From the NCBI RefSeq assembly GCF_036321535.1, contig NC_087437.1, positions 39,124,001 through 39,188,000 on the forward strand: a DNA stretch of 64,000 bases. Reading direction: 5' to 3'. Below, piece after piece: positions 1-12,697 of the stretch (positions are counted from its first letter, which is position 1; each line of letters opens with the position of its first letter). The notes below the pieces were generated by a model. It did not search any database. It had not been told where the DNA came from and saw only the letters and a program-made list of their open reading frames with translations. Origin of the DNA: Camelus dromedarius (taxonomy: Eukaryota). The position numbers and the translations under genes are program-made.

Positions 1-110
1 TGCTTTATTCTATATATGAGGAAAGGGCAGCTTGGTGGGGTCCTAAGCTCTCACAGCAAAGTCAGTAGTAGAGTCGACCGTGGATTTCAGATCCTGCAAC
101 TAATAGTGAC
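1..110 (-). mobile_element. MIR SINE fragment (degenerate)
   Basis: TATATATGAGGAAA...TCACAGCAAAGTCAGTAGTAGAG resembles the reverse MIR core (ACAGATGAGGAAACTGAGG...TCACACAGCTAGTAAGTGGCAGAG). Confidence 0.5.
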
Positions 111-1273
111 TTGCACTTTCTGCTGCTTCTACAGTCCTTATTTTAATATTCTTTCTTCTCCTATGATTTAACAGTAAATACCATTGCCAGAAAGAAAAAC
201 TGAGAGATCGATTTTCTTCTTACTTTGCCACACTGCAAGTACAAAAAGTGCAATGATATCCATCCCAATTGATGAACGTAGGTAAATTCACACATCTTAG
301 AAGAGGAATAAAACAAAATTAGGTGTATTAATCAAACATTCATACACCTCTGGCAGTAGCTTACTTCTAATGTGGACTTTTAAATTTTGTTTTTGCTTTT
401 TACTGGTCTAGAGACCACAAGAATGTTGTGTTAACTACACTGGCAGTTTAAGCTAGGTTTCACCTTACGCTTTTGCTTTTCTGCTCTTGTTAGTTTTACA
501 GTTAGCATAGTGCAATCGTTTGGCTGTTCCTCATAAGCCGTCTTCAGTGGGCTTCTTAATTTTTAGTTAACAATGAATAAGTTTCTACAGGTAGATAGAT
601 GCTTCCTCAGAAAGGTGACAATGGTGATGATAATTTAGAGTATCTTTGAACATGGCTTTGGGAACAAGAACCATCTTGTGAAAAAAAGTCTACATTAAAG
701 CATTTTTTGCTTCATAATCCTTTTATGAACTATTTCATAGATGTATTTATGCAGAGAATTTGCAGATTGAGGGAAAACACACTTTTATCTGTAAGACAAT
801 AATAGCGTTCAGCTTCATCATCAGGAGCAATTGCTGAGCAGCTGTAATAGATTCTTTAGCATTGATTGTGCATCACTAAATGCTGATAGTATAATCTAGT
901 GTTCTCGTTGCTGTGCAACAGTAAATAAAATGGTCCATTTCTCCTCTGTCTAAGAAATCTCCTTTAAGAAGGAAAGGAAAAATGTCAGTGTGAGGAAGTT
1001 GGGAACAAATATTCATCACCGACAAACGAGAAAAGACTCACGTGTCAGCATAGGCGCACATCTGATACTTCACTCCCCTGGCCTTCTTCAGGTTGCCTGT
1101 TCAGTGCCCTGAGAGCCAGTCGCCATTCTATGAAATGTATAGATGGAGCAGAAAGGTCAAGGGACCTCAGAGCTTGATCTCTCCCTCTCTGAGCATTGGC
1201 TTTCAACATGAACAAAGGAACAAGTCAAGTCACAGCGAGGTGAATTCGATGTCAGGAAGGGACATTGTACAGG

Positions 1274-2108
1274 TTTGTTTTATTTATTTATTTATTTAAG
1301 TGAAGTATAGCCAGTTTATAAAGTGTCAATTTCTGGTGTACAGCGTAATGTTTCAGTCATACATATACATACATATATTTGTTTCCATATTCTTTTTCAC
1401 TATAGGTTACTACAAGATATTGAATATAGTTCCCTTGCTATACAGTAAAAACTTGTTCATCTATTTTATATATAGTAGTATCTTCAAATCTCCAAATCCC
1501 AATTTATCCCTTCCTACCCCCTTCCTTCCTGGTAGCTATAAGTTTGTTTTCTATGTGTATGAGTCTGTTTTCATTTTGTAAATGTGTTCATTTGCCTTTT
1601 TTTTTTTTTTTTTAGATTCCACATATAAGTGATATCATATGATATTTTTCTTCTCTTTTTGGCCTACTTCATTTAGAATGACTATCTCCAGGTCCATCCA
1701 TGTTGCTGCAAATAGCATTATTTTATTCTTTTTAATGGCTGAGTAGTATGCCATTGTATAAATATACTACAACTTCTTTATTCAGTCATCTGTTGATGGA
1801 CATTTAGGTTGTTTCTATGTCCTGGCTATTGTAAACAGTGCTTCTGTGAACACTGGGGTGCATGTATCTTTTCAAATTAGAGTTTCCTCCAGATATATGC
1901 CCAGGAATGGGATTGCTGGATCATATGGTAAGTCTATTTTTAGTCTTTTGAGGAGTCTCCATCCTGTTTTCCATAATGGCTGTACCAAACTACATTCCCA
2001 CCAACAGTGTAGGAGGGTTCCCTTTTCTCCACACCCTCTCCAGTATTTATCCTTTGTGGACTTTTGAATGATGGCCATTCTGACTGTGTGAGGTGATACC
2101 TCATTGTA
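1274..2108 (-). mobile_element. 5'-truncated young artiodactyl/camelid-type LINE-1: ORF2 C-terminus, 3'UTR and A-rich tail
   Basis: (TTTA)n tail at 1280-1298 followed by an L1 3'UTR; the minus-strand translation matches the ORF2p C-terminus. Confidence 0.95.
1612..2108 (-). pseudogene. Decayed LINE-1 ORF2p C-terminal (cysteine-rich) coding remnant
   Basis: ORF 1872..2078 reads [25 protein letters not shown]...[13 protein letters not shown], the L1 ORF2p Cys-rich motif. It has premature stops, and the remnant ends ...YHMISLICGI* at about 1612. Confidence 0.93.
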
Positions 2109-2419
2109 TTAGTTTTTTATTTTAATTGTACAAATGATATAAAATATGATAATAAATTTTTAAGAAAAATTTAAGATATAATTGCACCATACTAATTTTT
2201 TTAAAACACTGTTTTTACCTATTGGCCTCACTAGCCCCAAGCAGAACTAGTGTTGAGATATTGTTCATTTTTGGAACCTTATCATGTTCTTTAAATTACT
2301 TTTGTCATTCAGTGAACATCATAAGTTTTTAAAATTTCAGTCTTTCTAACGGCACTAAAGTTACATGATAATTGGTAGTTTAGCTCCTCTCAGTGTCTTC
2401 ATCACTATCGTAATGAGTA

Positions 2420-2465
2420 TCACATGGTAGGTGCTCATAGATGATTGTTGAATGACTGAGTGAAA
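2420..2465 (+). mobile_element. L2 3' terminus fragment
   Basis: CACATGGTAGGTGCTCATAGATGATTGTTGAATGACTGAGTGAA matches the L2 tail. Confidence 0.6.
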
Positions 2466-2540
2466 CCATAGATTCATGTTCAAACTACTTTCTTTTCCAA
2501 GATTCTCTTCTGGTCCCTACCTACCCTTCCAAACTAAGCT

Positions 2541-3760
2541 TTTCTTTTTTTTACTTAGATACAATTTATATACCATAAAATTCACCATTTTGAAGTACAC
2601 AATTCAGTGATTTTTGTAGTATATTCACAGAGTTTGCAATCACACTCACCATCTAACTCCAGAATATTTTTATTCTCCCCCAAAAGAAACATCTACCCCT
2701 TCATAGTCAGTCTCCTTTCTCACCTCCCTCCAGCTCCTGGCAAACATTCATCTACTTTGTCGCTATAGATTTGCTTAGTCTGGACATTTCATATAAATGG
2801 AATATACAGTATATTGCCTTCTTTTCTCCCACTGGCTTCTTTCAGTTAGGATAATGTTTTCAAGGTTTATCCACATTTTAGCTTTTATCAGTACTTCATT
2901 CCTTTTTATGGCTGCATAATTTTGTTGTATGAGTACACTGCATTTTGTTTATTCATTTATTAGTAATGGACACTTTATTCATTCATCAGTTGATGGTCAT
3001 TTGGGTTTTTCCACTTTCTGGCTATTGTGAATAGTGCTGCTATGAAAATATATGTACAAGATTTCTTGAGAACGTATGTTGTTATTTCTCTTGGAAAGAT
3101 GCCTCGTTGTGGAATTGCTGGGTCATGTGATAACTGTGTTTAACTTCTTAAGGAATTGATTTTCCACAGTAGCTGCATCATTTTTCATTCCCATCAGCAA
3201 TGTATGAAGCTGCCCAAATCTGCACATTCACAACAAAAGTTTTCTCCACTTTTAAAATAAAATTATAGCCATCATAAATGGGCATGAAGCGATACCTCAC
3301 TGTAGTGTTCATTTACATTTCCTTAATAATGTTGAGCGTCTTTTCATGTGCTTGTTAGCCATTTGTATTTCTTATTTGGAGAAATGTCTATTCAAATCCT
3401 TTGTCCATTTTTAAATTGGGTTATTTGTCCTGTTGAGTGGTTAAGTGTTGTTTACATATTCTACATACTAGACCGTCGTCGTTTTTACTTGTGATGAGGT
3501 CCAGTTTATTTGTTTTTTTCTTTGGTGGCTTGTGCTTTATGGTGTCAGGTCTAAAGAATCATGACTTCGTCTAAGGTCATGAAGATTTATGTCTATGTTT
3601 TCCAATAAGAGTTTTATAGTTTTAGCTCTTAGATTTAGGTCTTGAGTCCATTTTGAATGAATTTTTGCATAAGGCATGAGATTGGAGTCCAAGTTCATTC
3701 TTTTGCACTTCTATGTCCAATTGTTCCATCACAATTTGTTGACACAAACTGTTTTTCCAG
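2541..3760 (-). mobile_element. Old eutherian LINE-1 (L1MB-like) 3' end plus ORF2 remnant
   Basis: ATACCATAAAATTCACCATTTTGAAGTACACAATTCAGTG 3'UTR, then reverse ORF2 motifs (GGAGAAATGTCTATTCAAATCCTTTG; GAGTTTTATAGTTTTAGCTCTTA). Confidence 0.9.
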
Positions 3761-4169
3761 TGCCTCCAAGGCTTTTCTCTCTCTATCTGCTGAAATATAA
3801 TTTCTCCAGGTGTGGCTCTTCATGATTTAAGGCTGTAATGTGAATGAACACTTTTTTTTTTAAAAAGTTGATAGTTACATATTTATTTTGAAAAAAACCT
3901 TTCATTTTTATGCCTGACTTCCCATTTATGGTAAAACATAATTATTTTGGTAAAAATAATATTGATTTAAAGAAAAATACTAAGAACACCATGATATGGA
4001 AGGTATGTGGATTGACAAAAATAATGTAATGACAGTAAGGTAGGGTTAAGAAAAATATAGAAAATACTGTTTAGTATGTTGTAACTAGTTAATCTTTAGA
4101 TTAGGTACTAGGAGTTACTACATACTGTTGGATGGGAATGAGCTGTTAAATCTTTTTAATTAGTAAGAG

Positions 4170-4340
4170 CCACAAGTTTGTGAGCGCTCATTATGTGCCA
4201 AACAGTGATACAGGCACTTCCTCATAGATTATTACTGGTTTTAATTTAGACGCAATTAACTCTCCTAAAGTCACGTGACCAGGAAAGAGCAAAGCCAGAT
4301 CGTGAATCTAGGCCTCTCTCACTTCTCAGCTTCCTCAGTC
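4170..4340 (-). mobile_element. MIR SINE
   Basis: TGAGCGCTCATTATGTGCCA...AAAGTCACGTGACCAGGAAAGAGCAAAGCCAG fits reverse MIR. Confidence 0.6.
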
Positions 4341-4924
4341 TCCTCTGTACTAAGCTACCTTTCACCTTTTAGGTCACATAAAGGGTTTAAGCTTTAAATC
4401 AGAGGAAGAGCTTTGCTGGTGGTGGTCAGGCCATGTGAGCATCAGGGGTCAGGCAAAGGACTAGCAGGTGGGGTCCCCAGTCACCCTCTCAACACAGTTG
4501 AGACAGCTGTTAGACCAACCTCTTCCCTTCCTCTTTAACCACCCTCTCCCATCTTTTTTTCCTTTTCCTATTTTCTCTTTGGAGAGAGAACCAAGAATGA
4601 ACATTTTATTTTCTCATACATGTGTGTAGTTACTCTGCATTTACTGAGATTCACATTTGAAATAGAGCTACAGTGATTAAAAATTACATCTTCATTGCTT
4701 TCATGAGTTATTACAAAATGTACATAATCTCAGGTTCTGACACTTCACTTTAGTTCTGTAAAATTAATCTTGAATCTGTTCATTCATTTTCTTCATGCCT
4801 TCTTCCTCCCACCTTTCCTTCCATCCTTCCATCTAAAGCACTAAGAAATCTGGAATATTAATAAAAAGAAAAGAGGAACAGCTTCTCCATTATTTCTCAT
4901 TATACTGAGAGACAATGAGAAGAC

Positions 4925-5110
4925 ACATTGGCTTTTGAGTTTAAATCCTGAGACACTCCACTAATTATTAAATCTTTATGAGTTTTTTTTTTTTCCATAA
5001 AGTAGAAGCCATAAAATCTACCTCATAGGATCATTCTGAAAATTAGATGAGATATATATATATAGTGCCTAGTCATATAATGGGTTCCCTAACAAATGCA
5101 GCCATTATTA
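4925..5110 (+). mobile_element. MIR SINE
   Basis: GAGTTTAAATCCTG...CTACCTCATAGGATCATTCTGAAAATTAGATGAGAT...AGTGCCTAG fits the MIR core and tail. Confidence 0.65.
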
Positions 5111-5675
5111 ATTTTATCGTGTATCATATTATGTGATATTATCATCAGTGTTATTAAATCAAAATTTTGGCAGAATTAGAATGCTTAAAAATCCATATAT
5201 GATGAAAAATATTGGTGTTCTGTTGATTGTTAAGTGGCTCCTCCTATAGATTATTTGAGACTCTTGGATGTAATGGAAACACCTGACTAGTATTCAGAAT
5301 GTACAGCTATTGGAAATGTGCTTACGACTCTTAAAATACACTATTTTGTCCTTTTCTTATTGAATGTGATCTTAATAAATCTGTTGGCAACACTGATTTA
5401 TATTTTTAATAACCAAAGATACATTAGCTAAAATAAAAGGGAAGAGTCATGATTTTTGACTAACCTGTTTCCAGAAATATCCCGCTGGGTTTTGTACATT
5501 GTCTTTAGATTAAGTAAGATACACTATGCAGGGTTTGTAATTATATTTCTGTAGAAGAATTCGAGAGCAGTTTGCAAACCATGATCCTCTGAGCATAGAG
5601 CGAGAAATTGTAGGTATTGTTTTGTCACTAGAACCTGCCTTGCTGTACACGACTAGGGTGATGTAAAATGTGCTA

Positions 5676-5901
5676 GTGTAATTTTCAAACATTTCAGGCT
5701 GGTGTGGTGCACAGACAGTAATACATTTTATATTGCTACCTAGCACATATACATTCTTAACAACAACAACAAAACCTTTATCTTTGCCATGTGCAATGTC
5801 CTGTATTTTCTGGTTTGTTCTTTTCTGTTTCATTAATTAATGTCACTAAATTGGTTTCACAACCCACTAATATGTTGCAACCTGCAGTTTGATAAACACT
5901 T
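5676..5901. mobile_element. Non-autonomous hAT-Charlie DNA transposon (MER-type)
   Basis: Ends CACTAAATTGGTTTCACAACCCACTAATATGTTGCAACCTGCAGTTTGATAAACACT; same family as the split element at 62270-62975. Confidence 0.7.
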
Positions 5902-7380
5902 CATTTCAAGAAGTAACCACTTCACTTTTGAATTCCTTCCAGAATCAAACCAAGGAATTGTTTGAAACACCTAGAAAAATCTTACGGAGATTTATCAACT
6001 TTTTTTTTGGTATTTTCCATTTTCATGCCAGATCATTTTCCTTGGTAATATGCCCCTCCTCCTTTCACATTGGTTAAAGGAACTTTTGATTAAAATATGA
6101 GTAACAAAAGCACTCAGATGCATCGTGGAATTGTATTGTATTCCCTTTAAGTACAATAAAAGATAATTCCACTGAATCTATATTATGCTCTTTCATTTTT
6201 TGCCTTCATGATTTCTATTAATTTTCCTGCATTTGATAAGGTTTGCATTTCCTATGAAGTTCTTAACGAGTGAATTGTATTGAATGTCATGTTTTAAATG
6301 TAAAAAAGAGTATATTATCACAATGAAAAGGAAGCATGTCGAATAAAAGAGCAGACGGGCAGGGCCTGCTTGATGTTCGGAAGTTATTTTTGCTGTGAAC
6401 TCCCGTCAGCCTAGAAATCATAAAACAGAAAAGAGGCTTGGTTCAGCTCACACGCCCTTAGGGGATGTATGGAAAAGGATTTAAAATTCTGATAGAGTAA
6501 CTTCAAAAATGTAGCAGCTGAAATAATTTATTTCACTACAGAGCAACCAGCTGAATTTTTATGTTGAAATTATTCCTTTTGAACTTGCACGTGGTAGCAG
6601 GAAGGCCAGTGGTCTCTGCACCTCTGGGCTGCACAGCTCTGCCTTCCTGCCCTGAACCAAAGGGCAGAGGCTGCTCTGTCCCCCTCTGCCCTTTCTCACC
6701 GATCATTCCCTGAATAATGGGCAAAACAACCAAAAGTCCATGATTTCAAAATAGCGGGTGAAGAGAAGGAGGCTGAGGGTAATGGAGAAATTTTTCTTTT
6801 CTTCCTTAGGAAAAGTTGCCAAAGGTTAGTTCTGGGCATTGTGTGAAAGCAACAGAAACAATATTGGACTACTCAGTACTTGGGCATTTTCTCCGTGATG
6901 ACTACCATGTTCCATTAGCTAGATTGTGACATTTGATCTGGGCGGACCTTCAGATCATCTTAGAAGAAGAAATAGAAAAGTAGTGAAGAAGGCAGGGGCC
7001 ACTGCTAGTTGCTGATACATAACATTCCTTTTCATTCTCTGTGCTCTTTACCAAGCCATGCCTGGGCAGCTGCATGCCTCTCTTTGCTCTGAGTGACACT
7101 GAGATGATGACCACCAAGGAAAAAGAGACTCTGTTACCTCTGGATGACGTTTCCCAACCTGACCCCATCTATGATAGCTGCATGTTTCATCTTGTGTAAC
7201 TAAGAATATACAGAATAATGGCAATGATGAGGCCAATAAACTATAAAGCAAGTTTCCATTGTATTAATCAAAAGCAACATATTTGATAAACAGTGTATTT
7301 CTATGTATATGTATAAGAGTATATGACCTATCATGTAACCAGTCTATAAAAAATATTTACACATGAGAATCCCCAGACAC

Positions 7381-7621
7381 TTAGAGGGATAAATTTGGAA
7401 TTCGGGATTAACAGATGCGCACGACTATATATAAAATAGATAAACAACAAGGATCTATTGTATGATGCAGGGAACTACATTCAATATCTTGTAATAGCCT
7501 ATAATGAAAAAGAATCTGAAAAAGTATATATGTACATATGTACAACTGAATCACTTTGCTGTACACCTGAAACATTATAAATCATCTATACTTCAATTAA
7601 AAGATAAAATTAAAAAAAAAA
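7381..7621 (+). mobile_element. Short 5'-truncated artiodactyl-type LINE-1 3' end with poly(A)
   Basis: ATAAAATAGATAAACAACAAGG...ACTGAATCACTTTGCTGTACACCTGAAAC...poly(A); flanked by imperfect GAGAA(T)CCCC direct repeats. Confidence 0.9.
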
Positions 7622-8679
7622 GAGAGAACCCCTACAGCCTGCAATCATTCTGCTTAACTACAGTGGTCTGAAATTCACAAGTTGGAAACCATTGCTCTAA
7701 AATTTTAAAGATTGCTATCAATCAGATGGTGAAAATGCAGCCCAAGGAATCCCTGAATTAATTACTCAAATGGTCAGAAATTAAACAATAAAATAAAAGC
7801 AATATGAATAAAAAATACATTGTATAACTTTCCTTCATTGGTATTCATACCTTGAGACAAATAGCAAAAGCCCAAAAGGACAGAATATTACATGCTTGTT
7901 TTTAGGTAAACATTTCCCTGAAATCTACAGATTTTTTTTTTTCAGATGAGGTCGCTCTATCTTGCTTTGATGTAAAGAAACATGAGAAAATATGCTGCTG
8001 TTATGAATATTTGTAATTTTAATAATTTTCTGTGCTAATTACCTAAATATGTTATTTATTATTAACAATTGCTAAGGTAGATAATTGAGACCAAAACAAA
8101 CGAGAAAAGACACGATGACAGCAACAATATCAACAAACCAAGTTTTCATATACACTTGCGCAGAGGTGAAACAGTCAGAATTAGTGTACATTTTCAATTT
8201 ATGTTGCTGAATTTTTAGCTTAACTTTTTTTTATTTAAGGAGGAAATGTATCCATTTAAAAAAAAAATCTATGGTCAGATACAGAACTTGAAACGTGGAA
8301 AATTCTGCTTTGAGGTAGAGGTTAATATTGAACCACCTGATGTTTTATAGTTAATTAGCATTTCTCTAATGTTGAATAGAGATAGTCAACTGAAAAGCGA
8401 CCTCTAGTTAATAAAGTTTCACAATTGAGGGTAATTTTTGTCCCCCACTAAAGAATAGCTGGATTGCATTCTATGCTAATGAAACTGTTTTCCAGTGGAG
8501 CATACAGTGATTTTCATAATTCTAGTCCTGGCTGGGATGTTGAGAAAATGGTGCATAGCCAGAATAATTGAAATGGGATTTAAGGACATATTTTGGAAGG
8601 CTTCTATTTTTCAACATGGTTGTTTGTGACTGCAGTTACTTCTGAAGTTTCAAAAATTTCAGACGTGGGAGTAAATGTG

Positions 8680-8885
8680 ATGTTGAGGGAAGTTTGATTC
8701 AAGTTCTAACTCTTCTACTATCAGCTCTGAGATCCTAACCCGTTTGTTCAGCTTCTCTGAGACTTAGCTTCCTTAACTGTAAAATAATGTGATGTTTACC
8801 TAGCAGGATTGTTAAGAAAGTTCTATATTAAATCTAAAGGATTTGTCATGCCAAATTTAATAAATCACAGTTGCTATTATTATTA
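8680..8885 (+). mobile_element. MIR SINE
   Basis: TTCAAGTTCTAACTCT...TTCTCTGAGACTTAGCTTCCTTAACTGTAAAATAA...CAGGATTGTT. Confidence 0.6.
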
Positions 8886-9860
8886 CCACTAGTATTGTTA
8901 CCAGTGTAATTCACAGGGTGATTATCATTATTCCTGTATTATTTAGCAGTTTATCCTTTAAAATATACTGAAAATAAACTCCTTTCTAAGGAAAGTGTCG
9001 GATTAAATATATTCTATATAAAATAAACAAATGCAGCCAACGCAGGGTTGGTATGATGAACCAATCATTGTGAAATTTGTAGTAGTGTAGTAAGCTACCT
9101 CAGTTTCTCTAATATGATGGAGCAGATGAGATTCCAGAAAGAACCGGATTGTCACATACATGCGTTACTTGGTCATATTTAGGACTTGCTCTTTTTTGAA
9201 GGCATATTGCTCCTTTGGCAATTCTATGCAAAGCTGTGAAATGCCTGTACATCTCTCTGAATGCGCTGGCATCCCGGGCTAGACTGCTTCCTTAATATCA
9301 TCTGGATGACAGCACTGATTTTGCCAAGCGTATTCCAATCCACAATATCCTTTCCACTGGAAAACTAAAGTATTTCTTTAATGCTAAGAAAAGAGCAGGG
9401 TGGGTGAAGGCAAAAGGAAGTCTATCATAGACTTTGCATGGAAAAAGCAAAAGAAAGAAGAGCTTAGGGCACAGGTAACTTGGAGGTGATAGGCGTAGGT
9501 CTCTCCACAAGATGGCACTCACTCTCCCTCCTTTATTTATTTTTTTTTTAATTGACAAAAATAAATTTGTTACTTGTTTTCTACAGTCATAGAACAAATA
9601 TATTGTTGGTTTATGTATCAAATGTAGCTGGTTTCAAGTATTAAAAACATCCTATCATGTTTCTTACTCTTAGTAGTAATCAGTACAATTACACCTCCTC
9701 TAAGGCTCTATTTCGATATGAATACACTCACTATCAATTCTTAGAAAGACATACTTACCCCCACTCCCACTCCCAAATGTAACAAAACTCATATTAACCT
9801 TCTAAAAATACTATTCTAAAATCTCTATGGAGTACAAATTATTAAAAACACAATTGATAA

Positions 9861-10140
9861 ATCAAAAGGTACAAACTTCCAAGTATGTAACGTTCAACAT
9901 GATAAATACAATTAGCACTGCTGATACGTGAAAGTTGTTAAGAGAGTAAAACCCATGAGTTTTCGTCACAAGAAAATTGTTTTCATTTTAAAAATTTTGT
10001 ATCTACATGAGATGATGGATGTTTAGTAAACTTATGTGATAATCATTTCATGATGTATGTAAGTCAAATCATGCTGTTCACCTTAAACTTACACAGTGCT
10101 GAGTGTCAGTTATATCTCAGTAAAACTGGAATAAAAAATA
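9861..10140 (+). mobile_element. LINE-1 3'UTR fragment (L1MA9-like)
   Basis: AAAAGGTACAAACTTCC...GAAAGTTGTTAAGAGAGTAAA...CACCTTAAACTTACACAGTGCTG...TATCTCAGTAAAACTGGAA. Confidence 0.85.
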
Positions 10141-11117
10141 CCTGAGTAAAATTCAAACGAAGACTAAAAAGAACCAGAATGCCCCCCTACTACTTTTTGT
10201 TTTTATCATGATCATTTAAAATTTTAACTGGATGTACTTTTCCATTTGAAAGAAAATCTCTGATACTTCCATATAAACATGAGTCAGAATGATCGTTACC
10301 TCCAAAGAGTCTTGGGTCTCCCTACTCTTTTTAGTGACAGGAAATGTCACAACTATATTCTTGTCACTTTAAGTTGACTTCAGCTGGAGTCTGTGCAATC
10401 ATTTAATTTTTCTTAAAACAGAAGAAAAAGCAAAACAGTTTTTAAAACTGTAAAAAAAATGTTATTCTCTCAGTTTCATTAAAGATAGACTTTGAGCGAT
10501 AAATGGTAAGTAAATAGATAAATAAAGGGAATTTAACTGACAACTTCATGCTTACATCTTTAGCACCTGCATCAGATTTTCTTTCAAAAGATTTAAAAGA
10601 TATGGAGTGTATGTGGGCAAAATTACAGCTTGTTTGATTTGTTAATGTGATGATAAGGGGCCCTTATTGAGAAACTTGTATTGGAACATAGTTTCCAGTG
10701 TCTAAATTTTTTTGGTAGACTTTAGAGTAGTTTATGGTTTCTATAAGACAGGTTGTTAAAGGTTATCGTAAATTCTTTCATGCCTTGATCGTAACAACTA
10801 TTATTATGGAGACTTTGCCTCACTTTTTAGGATACCAACTCTGTTGGAAGCTGATACTGCAGAATACTTGCCACCACATGGCAAAAGTCACACTTTGAAA
10901 GAAGGAGGCAGAAAAATCCCCAGAGGATTCTAAGAAGAGAAAAATATTATACAGAGAGAAAACTAAGACATATCAGAATGTTCATAGAAAATCAAAGCTA
11001 AAGCTTAAATGATTTTAATGAAGATAATAGATACTGCTGTAACTTGTTATCTTGACTAGACACTAAACTAATATTTATTAGCTCACTCACACTCCCAGCA
11101 TTCCTGGTGCAACCAAC

Positions 11118-11230
11118 ATCATTATCCCCCTTGTTAACAGACAAAATAGCTGAGAACAGAAAGGTTAAATGGCTTGGATTTGGAGGTAGGATTTAAACCC
11201 AGTTCTGATTTGTTCAAAGGCCTATGAATT
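11118..11230 (-). mobile_element. MIR SINE fragment
   Basis: ATTATCCCC...ACAGACAAAATAGCTGAGAACAGAAAGGTTAAATGGCTTG...GGATTTAAACCCAG. Confidence 0.6.
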
Positions 11231-11890
11231 TAAAGATTCCACACCCTGGCTCACTGACTTAGGGGAGCATAGAATATTAGAATTTGACTACTGGTTTTAA
11301 ACATCAGTAATATTTTATGAGTGTAGATCAGTTGTTCCACCCTTTCAAATTTTAAGGGAAAGTACGCTTTCAAGAAACTCAAGAGAGAGCGTTTGATTGG
11401 ATGCAGGGAGGAAGGTCTTGATTTCCAGGGTGTGGAAACAGGGAACAAACTGAAAAAGGAGCTGTGTGGACTCTGAATTAGAGATCTTCAAGAAGCAAGT
11501 GTTCATAACCACCTTTTCTGGTTGTATGGGTCAGTCTTCTAAAGAATTTGAGGAACTACACAGGTATCTCCTTTTAGAGGTTTTTGTGATTGTAAAATAT
11601 ATTTGATACGTATTGCACTCAATCTACTTCATTCCTCGTTCACTTCTCATCTGTCCGTAAAAGCCCTAGACCTTTAAGTCGTTGGCATTACTTGATGTGA
11701 TCACTTTTCTTGTTAAACATTTTTTCACATTCTTGACAAACTAGGCACATAGTCTACTTTCAGTTGCAATAACTACACAGAAGTCTGTTTTGTTCTTTGG
11801 TTTATCTTGCTATTCATAGACTGTGGGATATTTAGATTTTTTTCCTTGTGTTTTGCTATTTTGAGTGAGTGTGTGCTGTCTCATTTGGCT

Positions 11891-11914
11891 GGGGGGGGTG
11901 GGGGCTGGGGGGGG
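11891..11914 (+). repeat. G-run cluster (G8-T-G5-CT-G8), G-quadruplex-capable
   Basis: GGGGGGGGTGGGGGCTGGGGGGGG read directly. Confidence 0.75.
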
Positions 11915-12139
11915 TCAAGAGATACATGATAGTTTCTTTGAAATAAAGTCCCCACAGTAGAATTATTACATCAAAGTATATTAATAGATTTTCACTCTTG
12001 TTAAATATTTCCAGATGGCTTTTTAGAGAGAACTAACAGCTTTTTAATGACTTCAACCACGTATACATCATAAATCCCAAACTCAAATTCTGAATACGTG
12101 AGCTTTTCTTAGTTTTCCAAACTGGTAAAATAAGTGAGT

Positions 12140-12444
12140 GCAACTGAGCAGGTGCTGGACAACTGAGGGTGGTGAGGTCAGAAACAGCCTGGAGGGCACA
12201 GGTCCATCTAGAAGGGACAGCGTCCCCCACTCAGCTCTGCCTGGGTGTTGCCATGTGAGAGGACAGTTCCAGTGTCGGTACAGAACTTACATTTTTATGG
12301 AGACTCTGGAAATCCAGGTTTTATATGGAATCTCCCAACTTTTAAGCCTTGGCAAAACATTTGAAGTATTTTTTGAAAACTGTGAGGAAAAAAATGTTGC
12401 TGGTCTGATCCAGCCAGTTGACAGGCCTCCAGTTGGTGACCTTG
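12140..12444. mobile_element. MER102-like hAT-Charlie DNA transposon
   Basis: CAGCTCTGCCTGGGTGTTGCCATG...GGAAATCCAGGTTTTATATGGAATCTCCCAACTTTTAA...CCAGTTGGTGACCTTG. Confidence 0.75.
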
Positions 12445-12697
12445 AAATATACATTCTAATTCCCCGAAGTCCCACGTTGAACTTTATCATTTTTTAATTT
12501 GATTTGCCATGTCAGTAGGTGTGCAGTGATACCTTAATGTTATTTTAGTTATTTTAAATTGTTTGTAAGGCTGTATTTCCCTCCCTCATGATGGTCCTCT
12601 CTCTCATTATTCATGTGAAATTTTGTGTACCTCTGTTTGTGAGGGGCCATCTGGGTAGTGATTTAGATAACACATCAGTTCTTCATACACACACAAA

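Noticed and set aside
855..892. Possible pre-miRNA hairpin
   Set aside because: The stem is only about 8 bp, far short of a Drosha substrate.
10868..10888. CTCF-like site (TTGCCACCACATGGCAAAA)
   Set aside because: Mismatch at a core G and a poor 3' end; not supportable without a PWM scan or ChIP data.
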